A stretch of DNA of 64,000 nt from assembly GCA_963707915.1 (NCBI GenBank), contig OY970178.1, forward strand, positions 2,656,001-2,720,000, read 5' to 3'. Under the pieces are notes generated by a model that saw only the letters and a list, made by a program, of their open reading frames with translations, had not been told where the DNA came from and searched no databases. Position 1 is the first letter of the stretch, and every line of letters begins with the position of its first letter. The position numbers and the translations under genes were made by a program. Origin of the DNA: Candidatus Eiseniibacteriota bacterium (GTDB taxonomy: Bacteria > Eisenbacteria > RBG-16-71-46). Positions 10,167-20,826 of the stretch are shown here, piece after piece.

Positions 10167-10847
10167 TTAGCGGTAGAGGGCCTTGATGGCGCCCCAGGTC
10201 TTGTGAGCAGCCGGCACCGGTCCGGGGATGCGGCACTCGCCGGAGATCTGGTGGTCGTAGCCATCGGGGATCGACGGGTTGGGCCGCCCGGCGAGACCGG
10301 AGAGCGTCCAGCCGTCGCGCTGCGCCGGGGGGATCTGGGCGAGCAGCGTGCCCTCGTCGAAGTGGATGTTCCCGGTGAATCCGCCCTGCTGGGCCACGTC
10401 GTCATAGCTCAGCACCATGGACTCGATATGCCCGCCGAGGATCACCGTGCCGTCGATGAACGACGACGGCGCCGTCGCGTTGGGCGGGATGACGCCGTAG
10501 GTGGCCGGCGTCACGTCGTCCTCGTAGAAGCGGCCGCGTCCCGGGTTCGCGAACACGACCTCGGTGTAGCCGCCTTCGTAGAAGTAGTCCTGCACGGTGA
10601 GGTCGTAGTAGAAGTACGTGTACTGCTTCGTGGCGGGGGACACGTACGGCGCGAGGTACGCGCCGAAGGAGCTCACGAAACCGAGCGCCTTGTAGCCTTC
10701 GCCGACCGCCAGGTAGGTGCCGGGGACGGTGTTCGGAGACTGGTAGTCGTAACCCGCGAATCCCAGCAGGAAGACGTCGGTCTGGGCGAACGCGGGCACT
10801 GCAAGCACGCTCAGGGCCAGAAAGAGCAGCAGCGTAGTACGCTTCAT
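10167..10847 (-). CDS. Secreted protein with C-terminal TWGAIKALYR motif (paralog of the neighbour)
   Basis: Signal peptide MKRTTLLLFLALSVLAVPAFAQ; GAGGAGG RBS; shared F.DGT.IL.G motif and C-terminal tail. Confidence 0.85.
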   Translation of the reverse strand: MKRTTLLLFLALSVLAVPAFAQTDVFLLGFAGYDYQSPNTVPGTYLAVGEGYKALGFVSSFGAYLAPYVSPATKQYTYFYYDLTVQDYFYEGGYTEVVFANPGRGRFYEDDVTPATYGVIPPNATAPSSFIDGTVILGGHIESMVLSYDDVAQQGGFTGNIHFDEGTLLAQIPPAQRDGWTLSGLAGRPNPSIPDGYDHQISGECRIPGPVPAAHKTWGAIKALYR

Positions 10848-11310
10848 CAGCCACCTCCTCGAGGAGTCGGAGTCAGGAGCCTTGATCGGAAGGAAAGAGC
10901 CGGATGGTGCGACCATAAGAAGTAGCTGCGGAGTAGTGAGATGCGCTCCAGTCCGCCTTTCCGGGTCCATACCGCCGAGGCCAGCAGACCCACTGAAGGC
11001 ACGAAACGTCCCCCGCGTCGCGGGGAACCCGAGGGGGATGTGAGCGAACCGCCGCGCGAGGACTTCCCGCCCGCGTGCAGTGGCTCGGCCAACCTGCTGC
11101 GAGTATACGTCGGCGTCGAGAGGATGCAAGACCTGAGAAGGCGCGCGGCGGATGAAGCCGCGGGCGGTCCGGCGAGCCGCGAGGGACCGTCTCCATCGGG
11201 AGACGTGGCCCGCGTCGGACGGTCGGCGGCCGCGCATCGCGCGGCGCCGGCGGGGGTTGCCCGCAGGTCCCTCGCCCCCGGGCCGCGGGGAGACGGTGCC
11301 CGGGCCCGGG

Positions 11311-12318
11311 CTAGGGCCGGGCGCCCAGCGCCAGCGCCAGCCTGGGGAGGCTCCGGTCGTACCGGTACGAGGTGTTCGTGTGCCCGTCGTCGAACTCCTC
11401 GTACTCGTGCGCGACGTCCAGTTCCCGCAGCCGCCGGCTGAAGAGCCGGGCCCCGTGCAGCAGGTTGAACTCGTCCCGCGTTCCGCAGTCGACGTGGAGC
11501 AGCCGCAGGGTTCGCAGCGCCGCGGCGCGCGACTCGAGCATGCGAAGCGGGTCGTGCTCGAGCCAGCGCTTCCAGACCTCCTCGCGGAACGCGCCGGTCT
11601 CGAGGTCGCAGGGCAGGTCGATGCCGAAGGGCGCCGAGCCCGGGTTCGGCGAGTAGGCCGCGGCCATGCCGAGGATGTTGAGCGCGAGCATGTCGTCATG
11701 GCCCTTCTGGCGGCGGGCGTGGAAGCGCGCGAACCAGGCCGCGAGGCCGCCGGCCTGCTGGACCTGGGTGCAGAACTTCGGGACGTCGCCCCGGTAGCAG
11801 TAGTCGAAGTACAGGTCGCCGCTGTGGCAGGCCACCGCGCCGAAGACCTCCGGATGCTTCATGCCGAGGGTGAGCGCCCCGTACCCTCCGGAGGACTTGC
11901 CCGCCACGCCGCGGTGGTCACGCGAGGCGAGCGTGCGGAAGCGCGCGTCGACCCAGGCGACGAGTTCTGCGGCCACGTGCGTCTCGTACCGGCCGGTGGC
12001 GCTCGAGTCCAGGTACTGCGAGCCGCCGAAGCGCGTGAGGCAATCCGGCATGACCAGGATCGCCTCCCCGCAGCCCGCGGCGATGAGGCCGTCCATGCGG
12101 TCGTCGAGCGCCGGCGACCAGGGATTGTCGTTGAGCAGCATGCGCCCGCGCCCGCTGAAGCCGGCGAGCACGAAGATCACCGGGAAGCGCCGCTCGGGAT
12201 CGGTCGCGTAGGACGGCGGCAGGTAGACCGGCACCGTGCGCGCGTGCGGGTCACCGGCGGGGTTGCCCAGCAGGACGGTGCTCTCGAAGCGTTCCATCAG
12301 GACGACGCCGCGCTTCAT
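11311..12318 (-). CDS. Putative esterase (alpha/beta hydrolase, Fes-like)
   Basis: VYLPPSY, GKSSGGYGA nucleophile elbow, DCGTRDE, GH; GGAG RBS. Confidence 0.88.
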   Translation of the reverse strand: MKRGVVLMERFESTVLLGNPAGDPHARTVPVYLPPSYATDPERRFPVIFVLAGFSGRGRMLLNDNPWSPALDDRMDGLIAAGCGEAILVMPDCLTRFGGSQYLDSSATGRYETHVAAELVAWVDARFRTLASRDHRGVAGKSSGGYGALTLGMKHPEVFGAVACHSGDLYFDYCYRGDVPKFCTQVQQAGGLAAWFARFHARRQKGHDDMLALNILGMAAAYSPNPGSAPFGIDLPCDLETGAFREEVWKRWLEHDPLRMLESRAAALRTLRLLHVDCGTRDEFNLLHGARLFSRRLRELDVAHEYEEFDDGHTNTSYRYDRSLPRLALALGARP

Positions 12319-12474
12319 CGGTTCTCCTCCGGCAGGTGTCCCCCGGTCCCGGGGGAGCCCGGAAGATAGTCGCCCCGGGGTCCGAATCCCAATCCGGCGC
12401 GACCTAATCCCCGCGGAGGACCTGCCGATAACCTCCCGGGGCCCGCGACCGGGCACCTCCGCGGGACTCTCGCC

Positions 12475-14067
12475 ATGGAGCGCCTCCCGATGACGTCGCA
12501 ATCCGCATCCGGACTCGCCAGGCTCGATCGCCGAGCGTGGTCGCTGCTGCTGCTGACCTTCGTCGTGGTCATCGCCCTCGCGGCGGCGGTGCCGTTGCTC
12601 TACCTGCCCCAGGCCGGCCTGCTGCGCGAGGTCCCGGGCGGCGGGTTCACGCAGGAGCAGCTCCTGCCGATCGTGGCCCTGTTCGGCATGGTGATCGTCT
12701 TCTGCCTCTACACCGCGCTCAAGCAGCGCGAGCTCGACGCCATGCGCCGCCGCCTCGAGCAGGAGGAGCGCGAGAAGGCGAACGTCGGCACCCGTCTCTC
12801 GGAGCTGTCGGCCCTCTTCCAGCTCTCGACCACCCTGAACCTGCAGCTCCAGCTGGAGGACATCCTCGAGATCGTGGTGCGCCGCGTGGTCGCCACGCTC
12901 CAGGCCCAGCAGGCCTCGGTCATGATCCTCGATCCCGAGACCGGCCTGCTGGAGACCCGCGCCTCCTACGGTCTCGAGTCGGAATTCGCGCGCCACGCGC
13001 GCCGGAAGCTGGGAGAGGGCATCTCGGGCTGGGTGGCGGAGCGCCGCGAGGCGCTCCAGCTGGACTCGGGCGCCGGCATGGGCGCCTTCCAGGGCGAGCA
13101 CAAGGACAACCGGAACATCACCTCGGCGCTCTCGCTTCCGCTCCTGGTCGGCAAGCGCTGCGTGGGCGTGCTCAACGTCAACCGGATCAACCACCCCGAG
13201 AACTTCCAGGACCACCATCGCGAGGTGCTCCAGCTCTTCGCCGAGCACGTCGGCTCGGTCATCGAGCGCGCCGGGGCCATGGAGCGCCTCGGGAGCCGGA
13301 CCCGCGAGCTGGAGACCGCGAACCGGAAGCTGCTGGAGGTGAACCACCTCAAGGACGTCTTCCTCTCCACCGCCAGTCACGAGCTCAAGACCCCGCTCAC
13401 GTCGGTCATCGGTTACGCCGAGCTGCTCGACGACAACGACGAGCGCATGACCCACCAGCAGCGCGGCGAGTTCCTGCGGCGCCTGCGCGCCGAAGCGGGC
13501 CGCCTGCTGGGGCTGATCGACGACATCCTCGACCTGGCCCGGATCGAGGGCGGCAAGCTCGCGCTGCGCTGCGTCTCGATGTCCGTCAACGAGGTGGCGC
13601 ACTCGGCCGTGGAGACCACGCGCGTGCTCGCCCGGAAGCACGGGGTCGAACTGGTCGAGCGGCTCGATCCCCTCCTCCCGCACCTGGCGCTGGACGAAGT
13701 CAAGATGCGGCAGGCGGTGGTGAACCTGCTGGTGAACGCCGTGAAGTTCAGCCCGGAGGGCGGGGAGGTGGTGCTCGAGACCCTGCGGGACGGCGACTTC
13801 CTGCGGATCCAGGTGGTCGACCGGGGCGCGGGTATCCCGCCCGGGGAGTCGGCGCACATCTTCGAGCTGTTCGGCCAGGGCGAGCGTGGCGCGCGGGCGG
13901 GCGGGCTCGGCATCGGGCTCCACCTGGTCAAGCGCCTCACCGAGCTGCACGGCGGCCACGTGGGCGTGAACAGCAGCGTCGGCCAGGGCAGCACGTTCTG
14001 GCTGCGCCTGCCGCTGGAAGCGGTCGAACCCGCGGAGGCGGGCGAAGTCCAGCGCCAGGCGGCCTGA
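12475..14067 (+). CDS. Membrane GAF-domain sensor histidine kinase
   Basis: Two TM helices, GAF, SHELKTPL H-box, NLLVNAVKFS, DRGAGI, GLGIGL. Confidence 0.92.
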   Translation: MERLPMTSQSASGLARLDRRAWSLLLLTFVVVIALAAAVPLLYLPQAGLLREVPGGGFTQEQLLPIVALFGMVIVFCLYTALKQRELDAMRRRLEQEEREKANVGTRLSELSALFQLSTTLNLQLQLEDILEIVVRRVVATLQAQQASVMILDPETGLLETRASYGLESEFARHARRKLGEGISGWVAERREALQLDSGAGMGAFQGEHKDNRNITSALSLPLLVGKRCVGVLNVNRINHPENFQDHHREVLQLFAEHVGSVIERAGAMERLGSRTRELETANRKLLEVNHLKDVFLSTASHELKTPLTSVIGYAELLDDNDERMTHQQRGEFLRRLRAEAGRLLGLIDDILDLARIEGGKLALRCVSMSVNEVAHSAVETTRVLARKHGVELVERLDPLLPHLALDEVKMRQAVVNLLVNAVKFSPEGGEVVLETLRDGDFLRIQVVDRGAGIPPGESAHIFELFGQGERGARAGGLGIGLHLVKRLTELHGGHVGVNSSVGQGSTFWLRLPLEAVEPAEAGEVQRQAA

Positions 14068-14080
14068 CCGCCGCCCACCG

Positions 14081-15640
14081 CTAGGCGGCCAGCGGCATCC
14101 CGGGATACTCGTCCGCCGCGAGCGCGCGGGTCACGCCCAGCTCCGCCGGCAGCGGACGCAGCTCCTTCGCCTCGATCGCGGAGAATGGCACCCCGCACTC
14201 GTCCATGATCACCCGCACGTGGGGCCGCGAGAGGTCCTGCCGGTTCGGCGCGAGCACCACCGCGGTCCGGCCGTCGCCGAGCTCCACCAGCTGGCCCGGG
14301 GGGAAGAAGCCCACCGATCGCACCAGCGCCCACAGCGCGACCGGGTCGAAACGGTCCGCGAGAGGCCCGATCGTCGCGCCCAGCGCCTGGTAGGGGGTGA
14401 CGCTCCCGCCCCGCCCGCCGTGGTGGGTCTGCAGGCTCACGAAGCAGTCGGCGACCGCGACGACCGCGGAGAGCCGGCTGGTGCGCCAGCCCTCCGGAAG
14501 TCGCGGATACCCGGCGACCTCCGCCGGGGTGCCCGGCGCTCCGCCGTCCTGCGCGGCGCGTGCGGCGTGGTGTTCGAGCGCCACGCGCATGCAGCGCAGG
14601 GTGGAGGAGTTGAGCGCGGTCGAACGCGCGATGAGCTTCGCGCCCTCCAGCGGGTGGCTGTCGGCCAGCCTCCGCTCCTCCCCGGTCCGCTCCTCCAGCG
14701 GGTGGCGGATCCGATCGTAGACCGCCGACTTCCCCACGTCGTGGAGCAGGGCGGCGACCCCGAGGTCGGCGAGCGCCCGGCGGTCGAGCCCGAGGAGGTG
14801 CCCCATGGTCACGGCCACGACGCAGACGTTGACCGCGTGAACGTACGTCGGCTCGTCGTGGTGGCTCAGGCTCGAGAGCCCGACCACGACGGGCTCGTCC
14901 GCGAACGCCCCGTCGACGAGCGGCTGCACCACGCGCTTGGCGTGGTGCAGCTCCAGGCCGCCCTGCAGGGCGGTCGTGGTGAGCAGCGAGCGCGCACCGA
15001 GGATGGCCAGCGAGTAGCTCTTGCCCATGGTGGGCCGCACGTCGGCGGCGCCGCCGCCCCGGGCAAGGCCGGGCCCGCCGCCCGGTCCGGGCCTGCCGCC
15101 CGCGGCGGTCGCGTCCCCGTGGGACGCGGTCGCGAAGCCGTCCAGGACGACCGGGTCGGCCGGGTCGCTGGTCCGGGTCGAGGCGTGCACGACGGGCACG
15201 GCGTGGCCCAGGCCCTCGGCGGCGCAGGCCTCGAGGAGCGCGGTGCCGTGGTAGGTGTCGGGTTGCAGGAAGTAGCGGAAGAAGCCCTCGAGCTGGGGCT
15301 CCGTGACGCTCTCCAGGACGCGCACCCCCGCGATGCCGCGGCGCGAGAACTCCTGCATGAGCGCCTGGTGGAAGCGCAGGGTCGCGGCCTTGACCGGCAG
15401 CCTCACCCCGTTCAGGTACAGGTCGCTGTCGAGCGAGATGAGCACGGCTTCGGGCGCCTCGGCGAAGACCGGACCGAGCGATTCGAAGAAGGTGACCAGT
15501 TGCTGGCGGAAGACCTGGTTGTCGACCTGGTAGGAACGGCCGATGCGCACCAGCGCGAGGAAGCGCATGGTGATGGCGAGGCCCTGTTCGCGCAGCCGCT
15601 CGTCGCGGGGGCGGCTCGTGGGCGGAAGGCCGTCGCTCAT
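14081..15640 (-). CDS. HD-GYP domain protein
   Basis: HAVNV...LLHDVGK...HPLEGA...EHH...GYP...VADCF; ATGA overlap with the HEAT gene. Confidence 0.85.
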   Translation of the reverse strand: MSDGLPPTSRPRDERLREQGLAITMRFLALVRIGRSYQVDNQVFRQQLVTFFESLGPVFAEAPEAVLISLDSDLYLNGVRLPVKAATLRFHQALMQEFSRRGIAGVRVLESVTEPQLEGFFRYFLQPDTYHGTALLEACAAEGLGHAVPVVHASTRTSDPADPVVLDGFATASHGDATAAGGRPGPGGGPGLARGGGAADVRPTMGKSYSLAILGARSLLTTTALQGGLELHHAKRVVQPLVDGAFADEPVVVGLSSLSHHDEPTYVHAVNVCVVAVTMGHLLGLDRRALADLGVAALLHDVGKSAVYDRIRHPLEERTGEERRLADSHPLEGAKLIARSTALNSSTLRCMRVALEHHAARAAQDGGAPGTPAEVAGYPRLPEGWRTSRLSAVVAVADCFVSLQTHHGGRGGSVTPYQALGATIGPLADRFDPVALWALVRSVGFFPPGQLVELGDGRTAVVLAPNRQDLSRPHVRVIMDECGVPFSAIEAKELRPLPAELGVTRALAADEYPGMPLAA

Positions 15641-17394
15641 GGCCGGTTCCGCGCGCCGAGGGCTTCGAGGCACACCGCGCGCACTTCCTGGCTGCGGGCG
15701 TTCAGGCCGGCTTCGAGTGCGGACATCGCGGCGGGGGTGCCGATCTGGCGCAGGGTGCGGGCGACCGCCACGCGCTGGAAGGTGCGGCGCGCGAACCAGC
15801 CCCCCTTGTGCAGCAGCGCCTCGAGTGCCGGTACCGCGGGGTCGCCGGCGACGTCGCCCAGCGCGCCGAACAGCGTGCGCTGGTTGCCCTCGTCGCGCGA
15901 TTCGAAGTCGGGAGACTCGATGAGGGCCAGGATGGCGCGTGCGGCCCGCGGGCTCTTCTCCCGGGTCAGCATGTTGAGCGTGGCGGCCAGCAGCCTCTGG
16001 TCGCGCGTGTCGAGCTGCTCGAGGAGCAGCGGATGGCGCTCCTCGGGCGGGACCGAACCGAGCGCCTGGACCAGCTGGCGGCGCACGCGCGGCTCGGGAT
16101 GCCGGGCGACGGAGCGCAGCATCGGCACGATCGCCGGACCGCCGATCTGGCCGAGCACGAAGACGACGTTGCGCACCAGGTGCCAGCGCGAGTCGGCGAT
16201 CCAGGGCGCGAGCAGTTGCGGATCGTCGGCGCAGAGGTAGCACAAGGCGGTCGCGGTGGCGGCCCGCGTCCGCGCCTTGTCGGCCCGCGCCATGATGTCC
16301 ACGCAGAGGCCGACGGCCGGCGCGCCGAGCGCCACGATGAACGCGGCGAAGAGCCCCTGGTCGGAGGCCTCGCCTTCGTCGAAGCGGTCGGCGATGGCCC
16401 CGGTGTCGAGCCCCGCGAGCGCGGCGGCCAGCTCGTCGCCGACCAAGCCGCGGTCCGGATCGAGCTCGTTGAGCAGGTCGAGCGCGGACCGCGCCTCGCT
16501 CCAGGCCATCTGCTGGAGCGCCGAGGCGAGCCAGGTGATGACCGAGCGTCCGAGTGCCCGGCGCATGTCCTCCGACGGGTCGAGGGCCTGGAGGCCGCGC
16601 AGCAGGACCGGCGCCTGCTCGGTCCACGCGGCGGAGTCCTCGCGGTCCCAGTCCGCGAGGAAGGCGGAGCGGGTCGCCTCGGCCGTCGGGCCGAAGCGGG
16701 CGAAGGCGCCGGGCACGTCCACCGTCTCGTCGGGCAGGGGCCAGTCGTCGAAGGTGTCGCGATGGAGACCCGGCGCGCCCGCGGCCTGGCCCAGGTCGGC
16801 GCGGATCTCCGTCCCGGCGGGTGACCAGGCGAAGACCTGGCCCCGCCCGTCGGCATCGGCCCCTTCCGGGCCGCCGCCGGCCCGCGAGACGTAGATGGTC
16901 TGCTCGAGCGGTACCGCGTCGATCCGGACGTGCGGGAGGTTGGCCTGCCACAGGAGGGTGACGAGGTCGTCCTGCCGGCTGGTCTCGCAGGCGACGTCGC
17001 GAATGATCTGGAGGAACGTGTCCACCTCGCCGCGCGTGACGTCCGCGCCGATCGTGAGCCCGCGGATGCCGTCGCGGTAGAAGAGGAACGGCAACTGGTC
17101 CGTTACGCTGATGACGCGCTCGGCGTCATGGGTCGGCGGGGTGACGCGGACGATGGACTCGCCGTCGAGGAAGATCTGGGTGGCCGAGAAGCGGAGCTGC
17201 CAGTCACCATGGGCCGACACCAGGCCGGCCAGCGTCGCCGCGGCGGCGGCCTGGGCTTCCAAGGCGTTGGGATTGACCCAGTTATATAGTCGGAACAGGC
17301 GCAGCGAGCGTGCCAGCTGCCGGAACCAGGCGGTGGCCGCCTGGGCTTCCGGAGAGAGATCCCTCGGCGATTGCGTGCTGGGAACGGATGTCAT
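15637..17394 (-). CDS. HEAT-repeat protein
   Basis: [18 protein letters not shown] and [15 protein letters not shown] repeats; start uncertain (17394 or 17433). Confidence 0.8.
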   Translation of the reverse strand: MTSVPSTQSPRDLSPEAQAATAWFRQLARSLRLFRLYNWVNPNALEAQAAAAATLAGLVSAHGDWQLRFSATQIFLDGESIVRVTPPTHDAERVISVTDQLPFLFYRDGIRGLTIGADVTRGEVDTFLQIIRDVACETSRQDDLVTLLWQANLPHVRIDAVPLEQTIYVSRAGGGPEGADADGRGQVFAWSPAGTEIRADLGQAAGAPGLHRDTFDDWPLPDETVDVPGAFARFGPTAEATRSAFLADWDREDSAAWTEQAPVLLRGLQALDPSEDMRRALGRSVITWLASALQQMAWSEARSALDLLNELDPDRGLVGDELAAALAGLDTGAIADRFDEGEASDQGLFAAFIVALGAPAVGLCVDIMARADKARTRAATATALCYLCADDPQLLAPWIADSRWHLVRNVVFVLGQIGGPAIVPMLRSVARHPEPRVRRQLVQALGSVPPEERHPLLLEQLDTRDQRLLAATLNMLTREKSPRAARAILALIESPDFESRDEGNQRTLFGALGDVAGDPAVPALEALLHKGGWFARRTFQRVAVARTLRQIGTPAAMSALEAGLNARSQEVRAVCLEALGARNRP

Positions 17395-17694
17395 GACGCT
17401 CCAGGACCTGGCCGACGGGGTGGATTCGACCATTTCGGGGGTCCGCACCCGGGCCGGGAGAGGGGGAGCCCTGGGCCCTCGAACAGTTCATCGGCAGCAC
17501 CCGGCCGGGTATTGAGGGGCGCAACCGGGGGGGCCAGGGCCGCGCTTTCCCGCGGGATCGGGGACCGTGGCCTCCCCCAGGGCCGTTCGCCGCCCCCGGC
17601 CGCGCGCCGCCTTGACTCGAGATGGGGCTCTCCCTTAACCTCCGACGCTCCTCAAGTCATCGCAATCCACTGTGCAATCGAGGTATCCCTACCC

Positions 17695-17844
17695 ATGCAG
17701 CGCACCTACCGCCCCCGCAATCGCCACCGGAAGAAGACCCACGGTTTCCGGCAGCGCATGAAGACCAAGGGCGGCCGCAAGGTACTTGCAGCCCGGCGCA
17801 AGACGGGTCGCAAGCGCTTGACCGTCTCGAAGCCGAAGTCCTAG
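17695..17844 (+). CDS. rpmH: 50S ribosomal protein L34
   Basis: [35 protein letters not shown]. Confidence 0.97.
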   Translation: MQRTYRPRNRHRKKTHGFRQRMKTKGGRKVLAARRKTGRKRLTVSKPKS

Positions 17845-17997
17845 CGCGCGGCTCGTCATCCTTTGCGGTCCTTCCTTCTGGGTCACCAGCCCGTCATGGG
17901 CTGTGGGCTGGCACCTTTCGCATGTCTGGCCGTGGTCGCGCCGGGTCCCGATGACGGCGCGCCCGCGTTCCGGAGCCGGAGCACCGGACCGACCTTG

Positions 17998-18396
17998 ATG
18001 ACCGTGGAACGCCGCGAGCGGCTGACTCCCGAGCACCGGCTGACTTCGTCGCTGCACCACGCGGCGGTCAAGGAGTCGGGCGTCGCGTTCCGAGGCCGCT
18101 ACTGCCTGATGGTGGTGCTGCCGCGCCCCGGTGAGCCGACCCGTTTCGGCTTCGTCGCCAGCCGCAAGTCGGTGGGCGGGGCGGTCCAGCGCAACCGGGC
18201 CCGTCGCCGGCTGCGGGAACTGGTGCGTCGTCGCTGGCCGCGCCTGAGCGAGCACGGCTACTGGATCGAGTTCATCGCCTTCCGCGGAGTGCTCGCCGCG
18301 CCCCACCAGGAGCTGGCCACCGAAGTCGAGCACCTGCTGGCGCGTGCCGGCGCGCTCGCGCCCGCGCGCGTCCCGGGAGCCCTGGGCCATGCGTAG
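17998..18396 (+). CDS. rnpA: Ribonuclease P protein component
   Basis: [26 protein letters not shown] (RNR motif); synteny. Confidence 0.93.
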   Translation: MTVERRERLTPEHRLTSSLHHAAVKESGVAFRGRYCLMVVLPRPGEPTRFGFVASRKSVGGAVQRNRARRRLRELVRRRWPRLSEHGYWIEFIAFRGVLAAPHQELATEVEHLLARAGALAPARVPGALGHA

Positions 18397-18598
18397 CCCG
18401 GCGCTCCTGCTGCTCCGCCTCTACCAGGTTCTGCTCTCGCCGGTCTTCCGCGGCTCCTGCCGGCACTTGCCCTCGTGCTCGGAGTACGCGCGCGAGGCCG
18501 TCGAACGCCACGGCGCGACTCGCGGACTGTGGCTTGCCCTGCGGCGCCTCACGCGCTGCCACCCGCTCGGTTCGAGCGGATACGACCCGGTGCCCTGA
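18389..18598 (+). CDS. yidD: Membrane protein insertion efficiency factor
   Basis: YQ..LSP....[11 protein letters not shown]...RCHP...GYDPVP. Confidence 0.95.
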   Translation: MRSPALLLLRLYQVLLSPVFRGSCRHLPSCSEYAREAVERHGATRGLWLALRRLTRCHPLGSSGYDPVP

Positions 18599-18600
18599 CC

Positions 18601-20433
18601 ATGGATCGTCGCACGCTCGTCGTCGTCGTCCTGCTGATGCTGGTGTTCCTCTTCTACCAGCCGTTGCTGAAGCTGGCCGGGCTGGGCCAGTACCTCGAGC
18701 CGCCGCGGCGGCCCGTCCCCGCCGCGGTGGACACCACGGGCCCGGACCGCGCCGCCGTGCCCGTCCCGGCGCCGCCGCCCGCGCGGAACGCCGCCACCGA
18801 CGCCGCGCCACCGGTGCCCCCGCAGCTGGCCCCGCTCCCGATCGCGGCCACGACCGGGGTCATCGAGAAGCGCTGGACGATCGAGACGCCCCTGTACCGC
18901 GCCGAGTTCACGAACCGCGGCGCACGGCTCCTCACGATGGAGCTCAAGCGCTACGTCGCGGCCCACGGGGTCTCCGCGAAGGACGGCAGGCCGCTGCGCG
19001 TCCCGGCGGGGCGCGAGGTGCCGGCGGGCGACCGCGTGGTGCTGGCCGGCGGGCCGCTCTTCGGCATGGACCTCGGCTCGGGGGCGGGCCTCCGCTCGCT
19101 GGCGGACCTGGTCTACGCCGTCGAGGAGAGCACCGACGCCTCGGGCGCGACGCGGGCCCTCACCTTCACCGCGGGCGACAGCGCGGGGCTCGTCATCCGT
19201 CAGACCTGGCGCGTGCGGCCCGAGACCTACGCTCTCGACCTCGAGGTCGAGACGCGCGGGATCCCCGACGCCTGGCGGATGAACGAGTACTCGCTGACCA
19301 TGCGCTCGTGGCCGGCCTTCACCGAGACGGACCGCAAGACGGACATGAACGACGTGCGGGTCACGAGCCTCGTGGGCCGCAACCTCCACCGCGATCCCCC
19401 GCAGGGCCTGGTGAAGGGCCCGAAGTCGTACGACGGGATGGTCGAGTGGGCCGGCGTGCAGAGCCGCTACTTCCTCTGCGCCGCCGTCGTCGAGCAGGCC
19501 ATCCCGCGCAGCGCGGCGGCACGGGGCGAGGAGCAGCCGCTGACCGACGCCGAGACCCGCCTGCTCGCGGCCAACGAGAAGCCCGTGCGTCCCGTGGGAA
19601 TCGGCAGCCTGGTCGTGGGACTGCCGTCCTCGGCGCGGCCGGTCCAGCGCTTCGTCGTCTACGTGGGCCCGAGCGACCTGCGCGTGCTGTCGCGCCTGGG
19701 GCACGACCTGACGCGGGCGGTGGACCTGGGCTGGAACTGGATGCGGCCGATCAGCGAGCTGCTGCTGAAGCTGCTCGACTGGATCTTCGTCGTGGTGCGC
19801 AACTACGGGCTGGCGATCTTCTTCCTGGCGGTCCTGGTGCGCGTCGTGCTGCACCCGCTCAACACCTCGAGCCTGAAGAGCATGCGGGCCATGCAGCAGC
19901 TGCAGCCCGAGATCGAACGGCTGAAGGTGAAGTACAAGAACGACGCGCAGGCGATGAACACGGCGATGATGGCGCTGTACAAGGAGAACAAGGTGAACCC
20001 GGCGGGCGGCTGTCTGCCGATCCTGCTGCAGATGCCGCTCCTGATGGCGCTCTACCAGGTGCTGCTGAAGTCCATCGAGCTGCGGCAGGCGCCCTTCATC
20101 GGCTGGATCCACGATCTCTCGGCGCCCGACGTGCTGTTCAGCGTGAACTACGGCTCGGGGCTCTTCCCGATCCGCCTGTTGCCGGTGCTGATGGCGGGCT
20201 CGGGGTTCCTGCTGCAGAAGTTCACGCCGACGAACCCGCAGCAGGCGCCGACGCAGTACCTCATGAACGCCTTCATGCTGGTGCTGTTCTACAACCTGCC
20301 GTCGGGCCTGGTCTTCTACTGGACGGTGATGAACCTGGCCAGCGCGTTCCAGCAGTGGATGGTGCTGCGGCAGGACAGTTCCGCGGTGGTGGTTCCCGAG
20401 CCCGCGGGGGGCAGGAAGAAGAAGACCGCGTGA
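18601..20433 (+). CDS. yidC: Membrane protein insertase
   Basis: NYGLAI, LQPEIERLK, NPAGGCLPILLQMP, WIHDLSAPD, LPSGLVFYW. Confidence 0.97.
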   Translation: MDRRTLVVVVLLMLVFLFYQPLLKLAGLGQYLEPPRRPVPAAVDTTGPDRAAVPVPAPPPARNAATDAAPPVPPQLAPLPIAATTGVIEKRWTIETPLYRAEFTNRGARLLTMELKRYVAAHGVSAKDGRPLRVPAGREVPAGDRVVLAGGPLFGMDLGSGAGLRSLADLVYAVEESTDASGATRALTFTAGDSAGLVIRQTWRVRPETYALDLEVETRGIPDAWRMNEYSLTMRSWPAFTETDRKTDMNDVRVTSLVGRNLHRDPPQGLVKGPKSYDGMVEWAGVQSRYFLCAAVVEQAIPRSAAARGEEQPLTDAETRLLAANEKPVRPVGIGSLVVGLPSSARPVQRFVVYVGPSDLRVLSRLGHDLTRAVDLGWNWMRPISELLLKLLDWIFVVVRNYGLAIFFLAVLVRVVLHPLNTSSLKSMRAMQQLQPEIERLKVKYKNDAQAMNTAMMALYKENKVNPAGGCLPILLQMPLLMALYQVLLKSIELRQAPFIGWIHDLSAPDVLFSVNYGSGLFPIRLLPVLMAGSGFLLQKFTPTNPQQAPTQYLMNAFMLVLFYNLPSGLVFYWTVMNLASAFQQWMVLRQDSSAVVVPEPAGGRKKKTA

Positions 20434-20826
20434 TGCCGCGCCGGGTCGCGCGACAGCGGCGCCAGCGATGGCGCCCGACGTCGCGGGACCGCGCTCCCGG
20501 TCCGGCTCGCAACGCCGTAGTCAGGGAGGTCGTACAGGACTAGTCTGGAAGCACCCGAACGCGGTCGGTCCGGACCCGCCACGCTGGCACCTCGTGCCCG
20601 CCACGGTCACCCGGTCCGATTCCACCTCCGCCGCGCGGGCGTCTTGCGGTCCCTTCACGGGCACCTGGCGAGCGCTCCGGCGAGGCTGCGAGAGGGAACA
20701 CCCGCCGGCCAGGGGCCGGTGGGTCGGGGTCCGCCCCACCATTCGAAGGTTCGCTTGCAGCGCGAGGGCAGGCATTCCAGGGTTCGTCTTGCCGCCCGGA
20801 CGCGATGCGCAGGACTGAGGTGACCG

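Noticed and set aside
10848..11310. Riboswitch in the leader of the TWG-tail genes
   Set aside because: No consensus of a known riboswitch recognisable by eye; an Rfam scan would be needed
17450..17694. oriC upstream of rpmH
   Set aside because: No DnaA-box cluster or AT-rich unwinding element seen, and dnaA is not adjacent
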